From NCBI GenBank assembly GCA_951406725.2, contig OX597832.1, positions 8,742,001-8,806,000 of the forward strand: DNA of 64,000 bases, read 5' to 3'. Position 1 is the first letter of the stretch. Each line of letters starts with the position of its first letter. This stretch comes from Octopus vulgaris (lineage: Eukaryota). The translations under genes were made by a program, and so were the position numbers. Positions 27,915-43,116 of this stretch are shown piece after piece. Under the pieces are notes generated by a model that worked only from the letters and a program-made list of their open reading frames with translations, had not been told where the DNA came from and made no database searches.

Positions 27915-28564
27915 TTTCATAACGTTCAACTCTTCATTGGCGCGCGTGCATACACGCGCGTGTTTATGTGTGTGTACAGATTTCTCGGAGGCGTAATTTG
28001 CATCGACTATGTAAACACATGCTATCTGATGTAAAATAATATAACCTGATTGAAAACGAAATATGTTATACATGCAGTTTTCCCGCTTTTTCAAAATAAT
28101 GATAATGCTGCAACCAATCAAAATTGTTTGGGAAATTGTATTAATTCATTAACTATCTCATTAATCAACGCTCTTGCCACGATTGTCTTGTTCTTTTTTA
28201 TGATATTTAATCATAGAGTTGGCAATTATGTTCCTTATTCACATTCTACAAATAGTGATTATTCGTTTGAATTGAATTCAGTTTTTATATAATGATCTCT
28301 TATAAAATTTTTGAACTCTGTGATCCGAATTTTGTGATCTCGAATAAACATTTTCCGAATTCATCAGAAAGATTATAATTCCCATTAGCAGACATCTCGT
28401 CAAAAGCGTTCCAACACTAAATATATCTTTTATCTTTAAAGTGCCTTGTATCAAGAGGTAGACTACCTAATATGTCATAGTTTCGCATGTAATATGTATA
28501 CCTGATAATCGTGTGCCTCTTTAGAGGCCCAGCCATTGATGTATTTTCACTTTTTATCATTCTT

Positions 28565-28962
28565 ATTTCTTTATTGCCACAAGGGGCTAAACATAGAAGG
28601 GACAAACAAGGACAGACAAAGGGATTAAGTCAGTTACATCGACCCCAGTGCATAACTCGTTCGAAAGGATGAATGGCAAAGTCGACCGCGGTAGAATTTG
28701 AACTCAGAACGTAACGGCAGACGAAATATCTATTTCTTTACTACCCACAAGGGGATAAACACATGGAGGACAAACAAGGACAGACAAACGGTTTAAGTCG
28801 ATTATATCGACCCCAGTGTGTAATTGGTACTTATTTAATCGACTCCGAAAAGATGAAAGGCAAAGTCGACCTCGGCGGAATGTGAACTCAGAACGTAGCG
28901 GCAGACGAAATACCGCTAAGCATTTCGTCCGGCGTGTTAACATTTCTACCAGCTCGCCGCCT
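28565..28962 (-). mobile_element. SINE family A tandem dimer (one full copy plus one 5'-truncated copy)
   Basis: ccacaagggg.taaaca...gtaacggcagacgaaata occurs twice; ttttatca(t/c)tct on both flanks. Confidence 0.88.
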
Positions 28963-29085
28963 TCCCGTTTTATCACTCTGACGCTCGAATCACACTCCTC
29001 ATACAGCAAAGAAAAATTTACTTTTAGTATAGACATAGAAAAATGACTAGTGAGACACCTACCATCGTTTCGCTGGTTCCTAAAT

Positions 29086-29387
29086 GTTATTTATTTATTT
29101 ATGCGCCCTTTTCAAGCCTAGCCAGGCTCATGGGCCCGGTTTCCCGGTTTCTTCGGCATATGTGTTTCCCCCGCTGGACGGGACGCCAGTCCGTCGCAGG
29201 AAGAAAGAGTGAGAGAAATTTGGGGCGAAAGAGTACAACAAGGGTCGCCACCACCACCCTGTCGGAACCACTTGGAGCTTTAGGTGTTTTCGCTAAATAA
29301 ACACACACAACGCCCGGTCTGGGAATCGAAACCGCGATCCTCCGACCGCGAGTCCGCTGCCCTAACCACTGGGCCATTGCGCCCCCA
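29086..29387 (-). mobile_element. tRNA-derived SINE family C (V-domain-like) with 13-bp TSD
   Basis: Minus head tggcccagtggttagg...ggtttcgattccc; ctgcgacggactggcgtcccgtccag; (TAAA)n tail; ctggtt(c/g)ctaaat at 29073 and 29388. Confidence 0.88.
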
Positions 29388-30818
29388 CTGGTTGCTAAAT
29401 ACCAGTTAAAATTTTATGATTTATGATTAGCTTGCTACTAACGTGCTGAACATATGGTGATGTCTGCAAATAAAACGTAATCACATATAGAATCCACATC
29501 GTCAAACTTTCTCGAGGTTGTTAATCAGCGGATTGTGAACGAGATGGAGTAACAGAAATAAGCGGAAGAGATACAAATATGTTTGAGTGGGAGCAATACG
29601 TAATCCCGTTATTTAGTGAAGAATAGTATATTGTATTATTGACAGAATAGGAAGACAGAGTTAATACTTGATGCAAATATTCTAATTAGATTTTAGTTCT
29701 CAGTCATACGGCCTTATATTAGATGAAGTCGATGTCTCTATGTGAAGCAGCAACATCATCATCATCATCATCAGCCAACAAATAAGGAAAGCGTTTTATT
29801 CTGGATTTTTCTAGACTCAGTATGTAGTCAAACTTGAACATATATCCAGTTCGACTTTGCTTTCTCTCCGCACTAATTTTCTCAATTTCCTCTAAAACTA
29901 AAGAATATAAAAGCTAAAGAATATAAAGACTACAATGTAAGTATCTTATGCAATGATCTTGGGTAATTGCAAACCGTTTCATTGGTTATTTCAAGAAATC
30001 GATTTTTGAAAGCAACGTGTTCGATGTCTAAAACGTTTTTGAGTACAACACCGACAACAACTCCAAGGAAAATCATGGATATTCTAAAGATGTGACTGGA
30101 AACATTTCTTTTGTCAATATTCTGTCGATATTCGTGTAGAGGTAAATTACAAGCTGTTGCATTCTCTTAAATTCAAATTTTCTAATTCTTCACCTATAAC
30201 TATAATTCAGAACCCTTTGCTCGTTTCGGTTCACAAATTCTTATCTTCATTCTTGATCTTAAAGAATTATTATAACTTTTGTGTTGTTGCTGAATTTTTT
30301 ATCTTTATTATTTCACATTCTTTTTATAAATTGTATTAGACATCAATTGCAAGAATGGTTCTAATTTTGGATTGGAACGAATATATATTTACTTCTGTTA
30401 AGTAGCAACTATCAAGTTTACGTAGAATTCTCTCGCCACCCTATTAAAAACAGACAGAGGATAATAAAAAAATGTAATGAAAGAGAAGTGTGTGCATAAA
30501 GTTTGCGAAAAATACAAATGGAGTCAAAGTTTAGGAAAGCAGAGAAGAATATAGAGAAAAAGAAATCATAATTCATGTTGAAATTTTACAATGAATCGAA
30601 GATGATACACATCAAAATAAAACAAGTATTTCTACTGCGAAACTTAAATATATTTCAAAACGATTTGTGAGATTCAAGCTGTCTATGTGAAGGTAGGAAT
30701 ATATGCATTAATATATGCAAGAATATATGCATGTATATATCCAAGCGTTCATGATGTACGTGTGTGTGTAACCATGTGGTATATATGCATATACCTATAT
30801 GTATGTATGAATGTATGT

Positions 30819-30886
<68 letters not shown>

Positions 30887-30908
30887 CATGTATGTGTATG
30901 TGCATAAG

Positions 30909-30953
<45 letters not shown>

Positions 30954-32007
30954 CCATACCTCTCACTATGTATATATTATATAGTCAGAAGTACATACCT
31001 ATTTACATACACACACACACACAAGCGAAGAGAAATAAGGAAGAAAGCAAGAAAGTGATAAAGGAAGAAAGAAATAAGTAGAAGTGAGAATACGTGTGCA
31101 TACTTGTACACAAGTATAATTATCTACTTAAAATTGCTATTTCTGGAGGCTTTTGTCTGTGTCTGTCGTTGACAATGATCTCTGTGTATGTAAGTGAATA
31201 TATCTGCACGCATCTATCCATTCATCAGCTGATATACAGATGTAGACACGACTTTCCCGGAAATGCTTTGATCAAACTGTTTGACTTAGTAATTTCTAAC
31301 CTTCTAAAGATCGCCATACATTTCCTATGAAATGCGTAAACTTTAGCGCCACGTGTTTTGCAGCAATTTTGTTTGAAGTTCTAAACACGATTGTTTAATA
31401 CTTTTAATGCATATGCTGCACTCTAATCAGTATGGTATGCTAGAAATAATATCGTGACATCGCTTTCAAATATTCTCTCGTTTACTGCCCTAGATGCTGC
31501 TCATTTGAAGTTTGTAAAGTTTCCCTCGCTTCCATTTGACGTGAACGAATTTCACATCATCTAAATCATTTTGATGCTTTGAGGAGTGAGTCATCACTTT
31601 CGTTTCACAGCCATTGCGAAGAAAGAATATGCTAACGACGGATTACCTTCTGTCACCGTTGTGGTCATCTTTGTCATGGCATGAGCCTCGTTACTACCGT
31701 GACCAATGCGACGACGACGAGGTCGAAAGACGTCGACGGCGATAATGGTGAGGATGATGTTGCTCATCATCGTATTAAAGTATAGATTATTAACACATTC
31801 GGCAATGTAGTCTAATCGAATGTGGGTGTGGGACTGGAACACTTTTCGATATAAGTGTGTTTGACTAAGATTAATCTGTGACTGAACAACAAAGGAACAA
31901 ATACAAACGCCTCTAGAGAAGGAAACACACACAAATGCGCACATCTATATCTTGATATACATTTCCATGTGTGTACGTAAATACATGTGCGTGCATATAC
32001 ATATATA

Positions 32008-32099
<92 letters not shown>

Positions 32100-32347
32100 T
32101 TGTCTGTGTGTGTGTGTGTGAGAATACATACACGCACCCGTGTATATATTCACACGTTTATGCATGTCTTTTCATTTAACCGAGACAGTCAGTTTCCCAT
32201 CATTGCAAAATTTAACTTGTTTATGTCACTGTTATATATCAGATATATTCAAAACCAAGCATGGAACATTGCAGATACTAAATGTTTAGTAATATATCAC
32301 ACTCCTCCTTATAAATTGAAGTGCTACTAATAGTACATTATCCTTGT

Positions 32348-32557
32348 ACGAGGGATGCTGAAACGTTATTGGATTTAAGGGTGTCACAAAAGGCCTGGGT
32401 GGCGGCCCAACATACCGAGTTCGTTTACCGGGCTTAATATAACTGAAGAACTGCGGCAATAAATGTGTGATTCTGAGAGGGAATATGTTTTATAATTTAC
32501 TGATCCTCTTGTAATTTTCGTTTACAGAAAGCCAGAAACTTTTTAGTACTCCCTCGT
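32348..32557. mobile_element. Mariner-type MITE
   Basis: tacgagggatgctgaaa...tttttagtactccctcgt inverted ends; a second copy at 33541-33699 plus 34269-34325 is split by a SINE. Confidence 0.7.
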
Positions 32558-32629
32558 TTGTACGTACATACATACGAGGAGTACTGAAAAGATTCTATAC
32601 ATACACACGAGGGAGTACTGAACAGTACT

Positions 32630-33240
32630 CTTTTTTTGGTTTCAGTCATTTGACTGCAGCCATGCTGGAGCAGCGCCATTAATCAAACATGATTTATTCT
32701 TTGTAAGCCTAGTACTTAATCTATCGGCCTGTCTTCTCGAACCGCTATGTTACCGAGGATGCAAACACGCCAGCATCGGTTGTCAAGCAATGGTCGTGGA
32801 GACAAACACAAACATACACACACATATATGCTCGCCGTGTTTCTTTCAGTTTCTCTCCATCAAATCCACTCACAAGGCTTTGGTCGGCCCGAGGCTATAG
32901 TAGAAGACACTCGTCGAAGGTGCCGCGCAGTGGGACTGAACCCAGAACCATGTGGTTGGTGAGGAAACTTCTTACCACACAACCACTTCTTTTTTCTTTA
33001 ATTCTTTTACTTGTTTTAGTCATTTTGACTGCAACCAAGCACGAACACTACCTTTGGCCGAGCAAATCGCCTCAAGGACTTGTTGTATGTAAGCCTAGTA
33101 CTTATTCTATCGTTCTCTTTTGCCGAAGCGCTAATTAACGAGGACATAAACACACCAACATCGGTTGTCAAGCTATTGTAGGGACACAAACACAGACATA
33201 CACACAAATACACACACACGCACGCATACACACACTCACA

Positions 33241-33276
<36 letters not shown>

Positions 33277-34268
33277 ACTAATGAGGGAGATAAATTGAAT
33301 ATTAATTTAATTAATTTAATTAGCCCTAAATATACACATGTATTGAATTTCTTTCTGATTTTTCAGAATTCTTTAATATATATATATATATGTATGTATG
33401 TATATATACAACAGGCTTCTTTCAGTTTCCGTCTACTAAATCCACTCACAAGCTTTGGTCAGCCTGAGGTTATCGTAGAAGACACTTGCCCAAGCTATCA
33501 CGCAGAAGGACTGAATCCAGGACCATGTGGTTGGCAAACAAAGGAGTTCTGAAAAGTTCCTGGCTTTAAGGATGTCACGGAAGGCTAAGCGGGGGACCCA
33601 GCCTTCCGAGTTTTTTATTGAGCGCATAAAAGCTGAAAGGCCCTTGCAATATGTGGGTGAATCTTATCGGGGAATAAGTTGAATAAAATCATAATTAACA
33701 AGGCGTAGGAGTGGCTTTGTAGTAAGTAGCTTGCTTACGAACCACATGGTCCTGGATTCAGTTCTTCTGCGTGATAGCTTATGCAAGTGTCTTCTACGAT
33801 GACCTCAGGCTGACCAAAGCTTGTGAGTGGATTTAGTAGACGGAAACTGAAAGAAGCCTGTTGTATATATACATACATATATATATATGAAAAAAATCTG
33901 AAAAATCAGAAAAAGATTCAATACATGTGTATATTTAGGGCACCTTGGGCAAGTGTCTTTTACTATAGCCTCGGGCCGACCAAAACCTTCTGGGTGGATT
34001 TGGTAGAAGGACCCTGAAAGAAGCCTGCCGTATATATGTATATATATGTATGAGTGTGTATATGTTTGTGTGTCTGTGTTTGTCCACCCAACATCGCTTG
34101 ACAACCGATGCTGGTGTGTTTACGTCCCCGTAACTTAGCGGTTCAGCAAAAGACACCGAAATAATGAGTACTAGGCTTAGAAACAATAAGTCCTGGGGTC
34201 GATTTGCTCGACTAAAGGCGGTGCTCCAGCGTGGCCACAGTCAAATGACTGAAACAAGTAAAAAGAAT
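32630..34268. mobile_element. Cluster of SINE family B copies in both orientations
   Basis: Minus copies ~32630-32988, 32996-33240, 33405-33540; plus copy 33701-34268. Confidence 0.85.
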
Positions 34269-34865
34269 AACTGACCCTCCTGTATTTTCTTTTACCCAAA
34301 ACCAGGAAATTTTCTACACCCTCATATATATCTCCCTCCATATACATTAGTTCAGTTAGACTGTTAAGACTTCAAATTTGAAATCTGATAAAAATATATT
34401 ACACATCGATTTAATTCCTAATTTATTCTCTGAATAATTTATAAAACACAGAATTCTATTTTTTTTTTTCACAAAATTGTTCTACACCTAATTAATCATT
34501 CTTTAATTATTTATTCGATCAGATTCGTGACTGTTAAACCTAGTTGACAAGGTCATCATGCCGTACAATCATGTCTAGCGTGGTGACCCTTACATGCTAA
34601 AAATTGATAAACTTTTAAGATGCTTGCTAAAATCGTTTTCCCCTTACATTAAAACATTTCTCGTTTGCATTTTAAAGATTCATTTATTACATAAATTTGT
34701 TACTTTTGATACGCACATTCACCTCTAAATTTCGTTTTAAAGCAATATATGAACACTGTAGATGTTAATGTCAAGATTGATTGTTTACTAAATAATTCGG
34801 TAGAATGAGTATGTGAGTCACAGAGAGGGAGAGAGAAAGAGCAGAAGAGAGAGAGAGAGAAAGAA

Positions 34866-34935
<70 letters not shown>

Positions 34936-35328
34936 TGGGGAGAGAAATTGGGTTCTATGTATTCCCGAAAAGAAAGCATTGTTCAGCATGGACTGACAAC
35001 CCTTAGCGACATTTCTTCCGGAATCGATAAAACAACGTACTAGGCAAATCGATGGAAATAACTAACCTCGTTTCACTAAAATTCCTGGCCTTGTGGCAAT
35101 ATTTCAAAGTATTTCTGCTGTTGGTGCTGTTGTTCTTTTTTTCATAGTCATCCTTCTTCTAATTACTATTATTACTATTATTTAGTCTACCGCTACATTC
35201 TGAGTTTAAATTTCTTTGCCCTTCAGCTTTTCGGGGTCGACAAATTAAATACTATTGAAACACTGGGGTCGATATAATCGACTAGTCCCCTCCACCAAAT
35301 TTTAGGCCCTGTGTCTGTAGTAGAAACG

Positions 35329-35830
<502 letters not shown>

Positions 35831-36724
35831 GGTCGAGTAGCTAATTTTTTATATTCATTATTAGTACAATTATTCTGCTTTGAAAATTCACACTTTCTTT
35901 TTGTCACTATTTCCAAAGGAATTTTTCAGATTCCATTTGCAAATGTTTGGCCTGCTGTTTTCTTAACTTATCTCCCTGTCTCTGAAAATTGATATATCCA
36001 CTTATTTGATCAGCTTTTGATCATCTATCACCAGTTTTAGCCTACGTTTTTATACAGCATGATTTCAGTTTGTATTTAATATTTAATATGGCTGCTAGAA
36101 ATTCAAGTGCATGAAAACCTTCATTTTGGTGAGGTTTATTGATGTAATTCCTTTTGAAAAAAGCTGGGCACTCAGAGACCTGATGTTTAAATATTCATTC
36201 CAGCCATCACATCTTTCGTTATTATTTAATATATTCTCCTTCATAAGACACAATTTGTTATTTCTAGAGAAATAGTTGCGGTCAAGTGACGCTTTCAACC
36301 ATCTCAGCCCCATGATTTAGCCCGCTGCTTTACAGTAACGTTACGGTATGTATAGTATCTATTTAACTCCTGTTTAGTTCAGAGTTTGTTGGAATTATTT
36401 GACCATCGTTTTAGCATAACGTTATCCATTTATAAGTATATATACATTTCTACGTTTTCAAATTAGGCAGCAATTATCCAATATTCAACACTTCATGTGT
36501 GTGTTTGTGTGTTGTGCCACTCTGTGTGTGTTTATTTCGTTGTTCCTATAAACATCTATTCATACTCGATCATCTTACTTTGGCACATTTAGGTAAATAT
36601 CTTCTAAATTTCCCATGCTTATTTTTTTTTTTATTAGCGTCCTGACTCAGTCATCTATATTTGAAGTTCTTACAGGTGAAGTTAGTCGAAGAACCTTACG
36701 CCACAAGACCGAGTTCCCGATATA

Positions 36725-36834
<110 letters not shown>

Positions 36835-36909
36835 ATATATATATATGTACATATATGTATATATATATATATTCGTCTGTGTGTGTGTATATATATATGT
36901 GCCAAAAAT

Positions 36910-36965
<56 letters not shown>

Positions 36966-37149
36966 AGAATTTTTGCGTAATGAAATACGCACAAACACAC
37001 ACACACAAGTATATATATATATATATACACACACATATATATATACATATATATATATATGTATATATATGAATGTATGTGTGTGCGTGTATGTGTGTGC
37101 GTGTGTGTGTATTTGTCTGTGTGTGCGCATGTATGTATAATTTTAAGGG

Positions 37150-37335
37150 TATACGATGGTCGGCTGAAAAGTTTACAGGCCTCTAAGATACTCTCATGGA
37201 ATGTGATTAAATGAGAATGCTTCTTCAACATAGTCTCCATTGTGGTTCACGCACATCTCCCATCGGTATTTCAGTTCTTGGATCCAATTGCCGAAGAAGC
37301 CTTCTTGTTAGCCAAAAAGTTCTTCAACATATAGC
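37150..37335 (-). mobile_element. Mariner terminal fragment
   Basis: tacgatggtcggctgaaaagtt TIR-like start followed by ttcaacatagtctcc (minus: GDYVE, typical mariner C-terminus). Confidence 0.7.
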
Positions 37336-37339
37336 GTCA

Positions 37340-37864
37340 CCCAGACTGCAAATTGTTCCGCCACATTCCCTTAAACGGGAAGGCAAGGTGGTGGCCATGG
37401 TGAAAGAATGTTTGAGGTGGACTCGAGCGAAATTTTTAGAGACAAGCACTTTCCTCTCTGGTCAACCCCTCATCAACTTTTTCAAGTATCACTTGAAAAG
37501 GAAGGCGAGAATAGAGAGGCAAGTTTTGTCTCTTGAAAGTTTCAAGAAACGGTGGATGAATGTAGCAAAGATGATACGCGCGAATGACGAAACCACTTTG
37601 CGTATGATCCTCTAAGTCAAAAAAGAGAGAGAGATAGCACTTTGCTCTCGTATTTTTCCTCTTCGCGCCTGAGGTTACCGAGGTCGTTTCCATAGGCTAT
37701 TCTTTCCATGGATAAACCTAATCTGTTTTTTTTTTACATTTATGATAATTTCTGTGATACACGATAACTTTTGATTGGAATTGTTTTTTTTTATTTTAAG
37801 TTTTTTTTTAAAGCAAAACCCGGCATTGTATTTTGTCCCCTCTGTTTTCGGCCCTCTATGGCTA

Positions 37865-37865
<1 letters not shown>
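37340..37865 (+). mobile_element. 3' end of an L1/Tx1-like LINE abutting (TATC)n
   Basis: ORF tail VAMVKECLRWTR...FFKYHLKRKARIERQVLS...KKRWMNVAKM; homologous to 18623-19020. Confidence 0.65.
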
Positions 37866-37937
<72 letters not shown>

Positions 37938-38004
37938 ATCTACCTACCTACCTATATACCTATCAATCAGTCAGTCAATCTATCTATCTATCTATCTATC
38001 TATA

Positions 38005-38047
<43 letters not shown>

Positions 38048-38129
38048 TTACCTACTACCTACCTATATACCTATCAATCAGTCAGTCAATCTACCTACCT
38101 ACCTATCTATCTATCTATCTATCTATCTC

Positions 38130-38172
<43 letters not shown>

Positions 38173-39121
38173 GTGTGTCTGTCTGTCTTTCTATCATATT
38201 CTACATACATTTCTGTCGATATTTGTCTCTGTCTATTCTAACAATCCTCTCCTTTGAACTAAAATAACTAACAAAATAAATAAATAAATAAATAAGAGAA
38301 GCAAAAACTAAATAATTGCAGCACCCCAGCATCTCATCAGCCTTTGAGCTGCTACACATAAAAAAGTTCAAATTAACATTTATAACAATTGGCTGAAGTG
38401 AATTCACTTTGGTTTAATTATCTTTCGGTATATCTAGCCACCAATCATTGTATCTTCTGTCAGTCAAAGTATTCACGTATCTTCATAGATGATATGTCAA
38501 CTGACTGAAGATATACAAACGCATGAATCTTAAATCCTGTAATGACAGGAAACTTTTATTTTTATTGTCTGTTACAATATTCTGCTATACTACGCTTAAA
38601 AGCGTAACTAGTTTCCACTTCTGCATTCCTTTCAAGTCAACACTCGCACCCTTTCTCTTTCCTTCTCTTTCCAACTCTGCTACATGCTCTTCCACCTCTT
38701 CTGTTTATATGTTTTACTACATATTTTATTCAATTAACTAAACACACAACGTACCACGGATTCTTTCTCTCTTGCTTCTCAGCAGTAACACACACACGCA
38801 TACACACACACATACGCACACACACATACGCACACACACATACGTAAACACATGCACGTACACACGCGCACACGTACTCTCTCTCTCTTTCTACACACAC
38901 ACACACTTTCCTTCTCTCGCTTTGTAACTTGAAATAACAACTTGACAGCATCTTAACGTAATAACTATTACTTTCCCGCGTCACCGCTTCGTTAACACCC
39001 CTCCACCGTCTTATTCTCTGGTTTTTGTCTCTCCGTTCAGTTACCTACGCTGCAGCGTAATGCGTACGGCCTTGGCGTATCCATATATAGATAACAATAT
39101 ATAGTTATTTAAGTATTAATA

Positions 39122-39239
39122 GGTGGAATTGAACTCAGAACATAAAGGCAGACGAAATACCGGTAAGCATTTTTCCCGGTCGCAAATAATTCTGTCACCT
39201 CACATAATAATACTACTACTACTACTACTACTACTACTG

Positions 39240-39293
<54 letters not shown>

Positions 39294-39484
39294 ATAATAA
39301 TAATATTAATAATAATAATAATAATAATCATGGCGTCAAATGTTCACACACGACCATTAAGTTCGGAGAGGGGCTTACATCGACACCAAGTGCACAACTG
39401 GTACTTATTTCATCGACCCCGAAAGAGCTGGCAGGCAAAACCGACCCCATTTGAACACGAACGTATAAACGGACGAAATGCCGT

Positions 39485-39485
<1 letters not shown>
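39122..39485 (-). mobile_element. Two family A SINE fragments interleaved with (CTA)n/(TAA)n
   Basis: gaattgaactcagaac...gacgaaatacc; ctggtacttatttcatcgacccc. Confidence 0.75.
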
Positions 39486-39555
<70 letters not shown>

Positions 39556-41924
39556 ATAATAATAATAATAATAAACAAGGCCCCACCTGGAAGTTCATGC
39601 GCTGTTAATGTTGATATGAGATTACCTTGTCACGCATATATGGTTGTGATGCATGTTCCTGGTGTAACCTTATCAAATGGGTAGTCATGACGGGTATAAT
39701 GGGCTTCGTATATTTGTGCACCAGTGTCACTTTTATGGCATGCACTGCTCTCTCACTAAATAATAATAATACCAAGAGACCTCAGAGAGCACAAAACTCC
39801 GCCAATGCAACACGAACGGCCCCTCAACTATTATCCATGACTTTCCTTGCCTCCATTTCTCCATTTCTCACAAGAAAGCAAGGAATCCTCCACATGTTCT
39901 GCCTCTTTAGTTCTAAATTTATATTATTTATACTAAGTAAATTTCCTCTCAATCTATTTCTACAGCGATCCATCCTCACTCTCTTGGCACAGGAAGAAAA
40001 ATAAAAATAAACAAGAGTGCTCAGTGAGCGCAAACTTCCACCAAGGCAATAACAACGTCCTCTGAATGGTTAGCAAGAAATGATTTTTAAAATGAGAATA
40101 TCTGAAATACAATCGAGTGCTCTGACAAATACATAAAATGAACCTAGCCGCTCTCAAAAATTAAGTATAAAGTAGGAAAAACAATCCAGAACCCCTCTCC
40201 AGGACCCGATCGATCCCAAATTCATCCAGCGGTTCTCGAGATAACTTGTCCACAGACAAACAACGAAAAAAACACGACTGAAACAACACCTCCGCCTTCG
40301 CTAAGGCGGAGGTGATAATAAGGACAACAACAGCACTTAATAAAACAACAAAAACTGCAACAATAACAACGGTAACATCAAGAACAACACTATTACTAAT
40401 AATAATTACTATAACGATAGATTCTTCACAAGAAAGTTGGGAAATATATACAAATAAATATTCTTCCAAGATTGCTCATTAATCTCTTAGCAAGTTGTCC
40501 ACTGCCATTAGAAATAATTGAGTCTGGCCCACCGTCATTTTCGGATAGACAGTGTGGCAGCCTTGTTTGTGAATGTGGAAACAACAAATTGAAGATGATA
40601 TAAGAGCAGAAAAACTAGTAATGACTACCAAACTACTTTACAAGCATCGGTAAGAATTTGTTTCGAAGAAAAAAAAAACAAAAACAAAAACAAACAAAAC
40701 GAAAGAACCAAAAAAGTATTTTAAAAATGTCAATAGAAACACTACAACAACGACTACCACTTCCGCTATAACCCTCACTATTATTTCTGCTGGTGCTGCT
40801 GCTGCTGCTTCTTCTATCTACTACTACTACTACTACTACTCCTACTACTACTACTACTACTACTGCTGCTGCTACTACTACTACAACTGCTGCTGCTTCT
40901 TCGTTATCTCTTCTATAACTACCACATCTACCACCATCACCACCACTACCATCACTGTCACTCCTTTTCCTCCACCTACTCCACTTCCTCTTCCTTTTCC
41001 TCTTACTTCTCTTCCACTTCCTTCTCCACATCTACCACCTCCTCGTCCTACTACTACTACTACTACTACTACTACTATCACCACCACCGTCTTCCACTAC
41101 GGCGACGATAACGACAACGCCTGCGATGAAGGCGGCTGAAGCCAGTAACTGTAAGTAAAGTACCAATTGATAACGAAAATAAAATAAATAAAATTGAATA
41201 AACATGAAAAATAATCGAACCAAACCCATTGCATTCTAATTGAATCACATAAGAGTTTTCTCCCAGAGACATCTATCTTTGTGATTCTCGCTCATTACAT
41301 GACTTTCCAAACTTTTGGAAACAGTTTTTTTGGTTCGGTTTATTTGCAAACAAGTACACTTTATTCCACTAACATCTCAGAAATAATGTCGACGACAATG
41401 GCTATCGTTACGTCGACGGCGACGACCTCCTCACCTCTTCCTCAGCAACACCACAGCCGCTAGTATCAAACCAGCAGCACCACCAATCACCACCAATCAC
41501 CACCGCTTCCCCCAACCACACCTACCACCATCATCACCTCCATCCTCATTATCACCGCGGCCACCACCAATAACAACAACAACAAGAACGCCACGAACTT
41601 CATCATCAAGCCGCAGCCAACGCCGCCAACACCACCACTACCACCATGGCAACCACGAGAACGACTACCACCACCATTTCCACCACCATCCTAACCACCC
41701 GCACCCAAACCACCACCACCACCACCACCACTACCACTACCATCTTTGCTCACACCATTTTCACTTTAACCACTATCTGCTACCAGGCCCACTTCACATG
41801 TAGGATCATTACCATCAGGTACTAGCACCAGTACCGCCTCCTCCAAAACCACCACCTCTGCCACAGTTATCGTCTACTACAACCTCTCTACCCGCACCCA
41901 GCGGATCCTCTATCCATTTTATTT

Positions 41925-42145
41925 TTAACTACCCACAAGGGGCCAAACACAGAGAGAACAAACAAGGACAGACAAACGGATTAAGTCGATTATATCGACC
42001 CCTGTACATGACTGGTACTTGATTATCGACCCTGAAAGGATGAAAGGCAAGTCGAACTCGGCGGAAGTTGAACACAGAACGTAACTGCAGACGAAATACG
42101 GCTACGCATTTCGCCCGGCGTGCTAACGTTTCTGCCAGCTCCTCA
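41925..42145 (-). mobile_element. SINE family A
   Basis: Near-identical layout to 25992-26219. Confidence 0.88.
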
Positions 42146-42167
42146 TTTTATGCTACGACAGCACTAT

Positions 42168-42211
<44 letters not shown>

Positions 42212-42307
42212 GTACAACTGCTGCTGCAACTACTTCTACTACTTCTGCTGCTGCTACTACTACTTCTGCTGCTACTACTACTACTGCTGCTGTTACTGCT
42301 CGTACTT

Positions 42308-42361
<54 letters not shown>

Positions 42362-42380
42362 TCGATACTGCTGCTAGTAC

Positions 42381-43081
42381 AAAATATTGCAAATATCTCC
42401 GAGTAAAACCTTCAATAGAAGAGAATGTGAGGAAGAACTGCGTGTATTCCATCCCATGCAGCTGTGTTACGTTATACAAAGGCGAAACATGCCGCCCTCT
42501 CAAAGGGTAGAGAATCATCGCAAGGCTGTGACACGGGGGAGATATTGATAAATCCGGTATAGCTGATCATGTATGGAAAAATAGAGACTATCTCCCCCTG
42601 TGGGATGAAGTTAAAATAAGGGACGGAGAAACCCACTGGAAAATGCGAAATCTAAAAGAAGCAGCACATATGCTAGGACACAACAACCTCCTAAGCAGAC
42701 CGAGTGCAGACATGGATAGCATATGGGAAACGGTGTTAAGGAAGGACAGGACAATATAAGATTTATAAGCCCTAAAATTGACTCCACGACAATATGGCGT
42801 AGTGGTTAAGATGGCGTGATAGTAACCCCAAGATTCCGAGTTCGATTCCACGCAGTGACTTGGATAATAATAATAATAATATGTAATCTCTATGTAATCT
42901 CAGGGTTTAAAATAAAACATGATTTTTTGTTTTTTTTTGGGGGGGGCATTCACTAGTACAGCACCAAAAAAAACCCCAATATATGGCACACTTGGCATAA
43001 CAACAACATGAACTCCCAACCTGTTGTCTCTTGAGGTCTCTGGGTGAGCCAACTTGTACAAATATAAAGCAAAAGTCAAAC

Positions 43082-43116
<35 letters not shown>

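Noticed and set aside
29310-29387. tRNA gene (also 42794-42860 and other SINE heads)
   Set aside because: A/B boxes are present but no complete cloverleaf is evident, and they are embedded in retroelements.
39790-40300. Possible L1/Tx1-like 3' fragment on the minus strand
   Set aside because: Only a vague resemblance; too degenerate to support.
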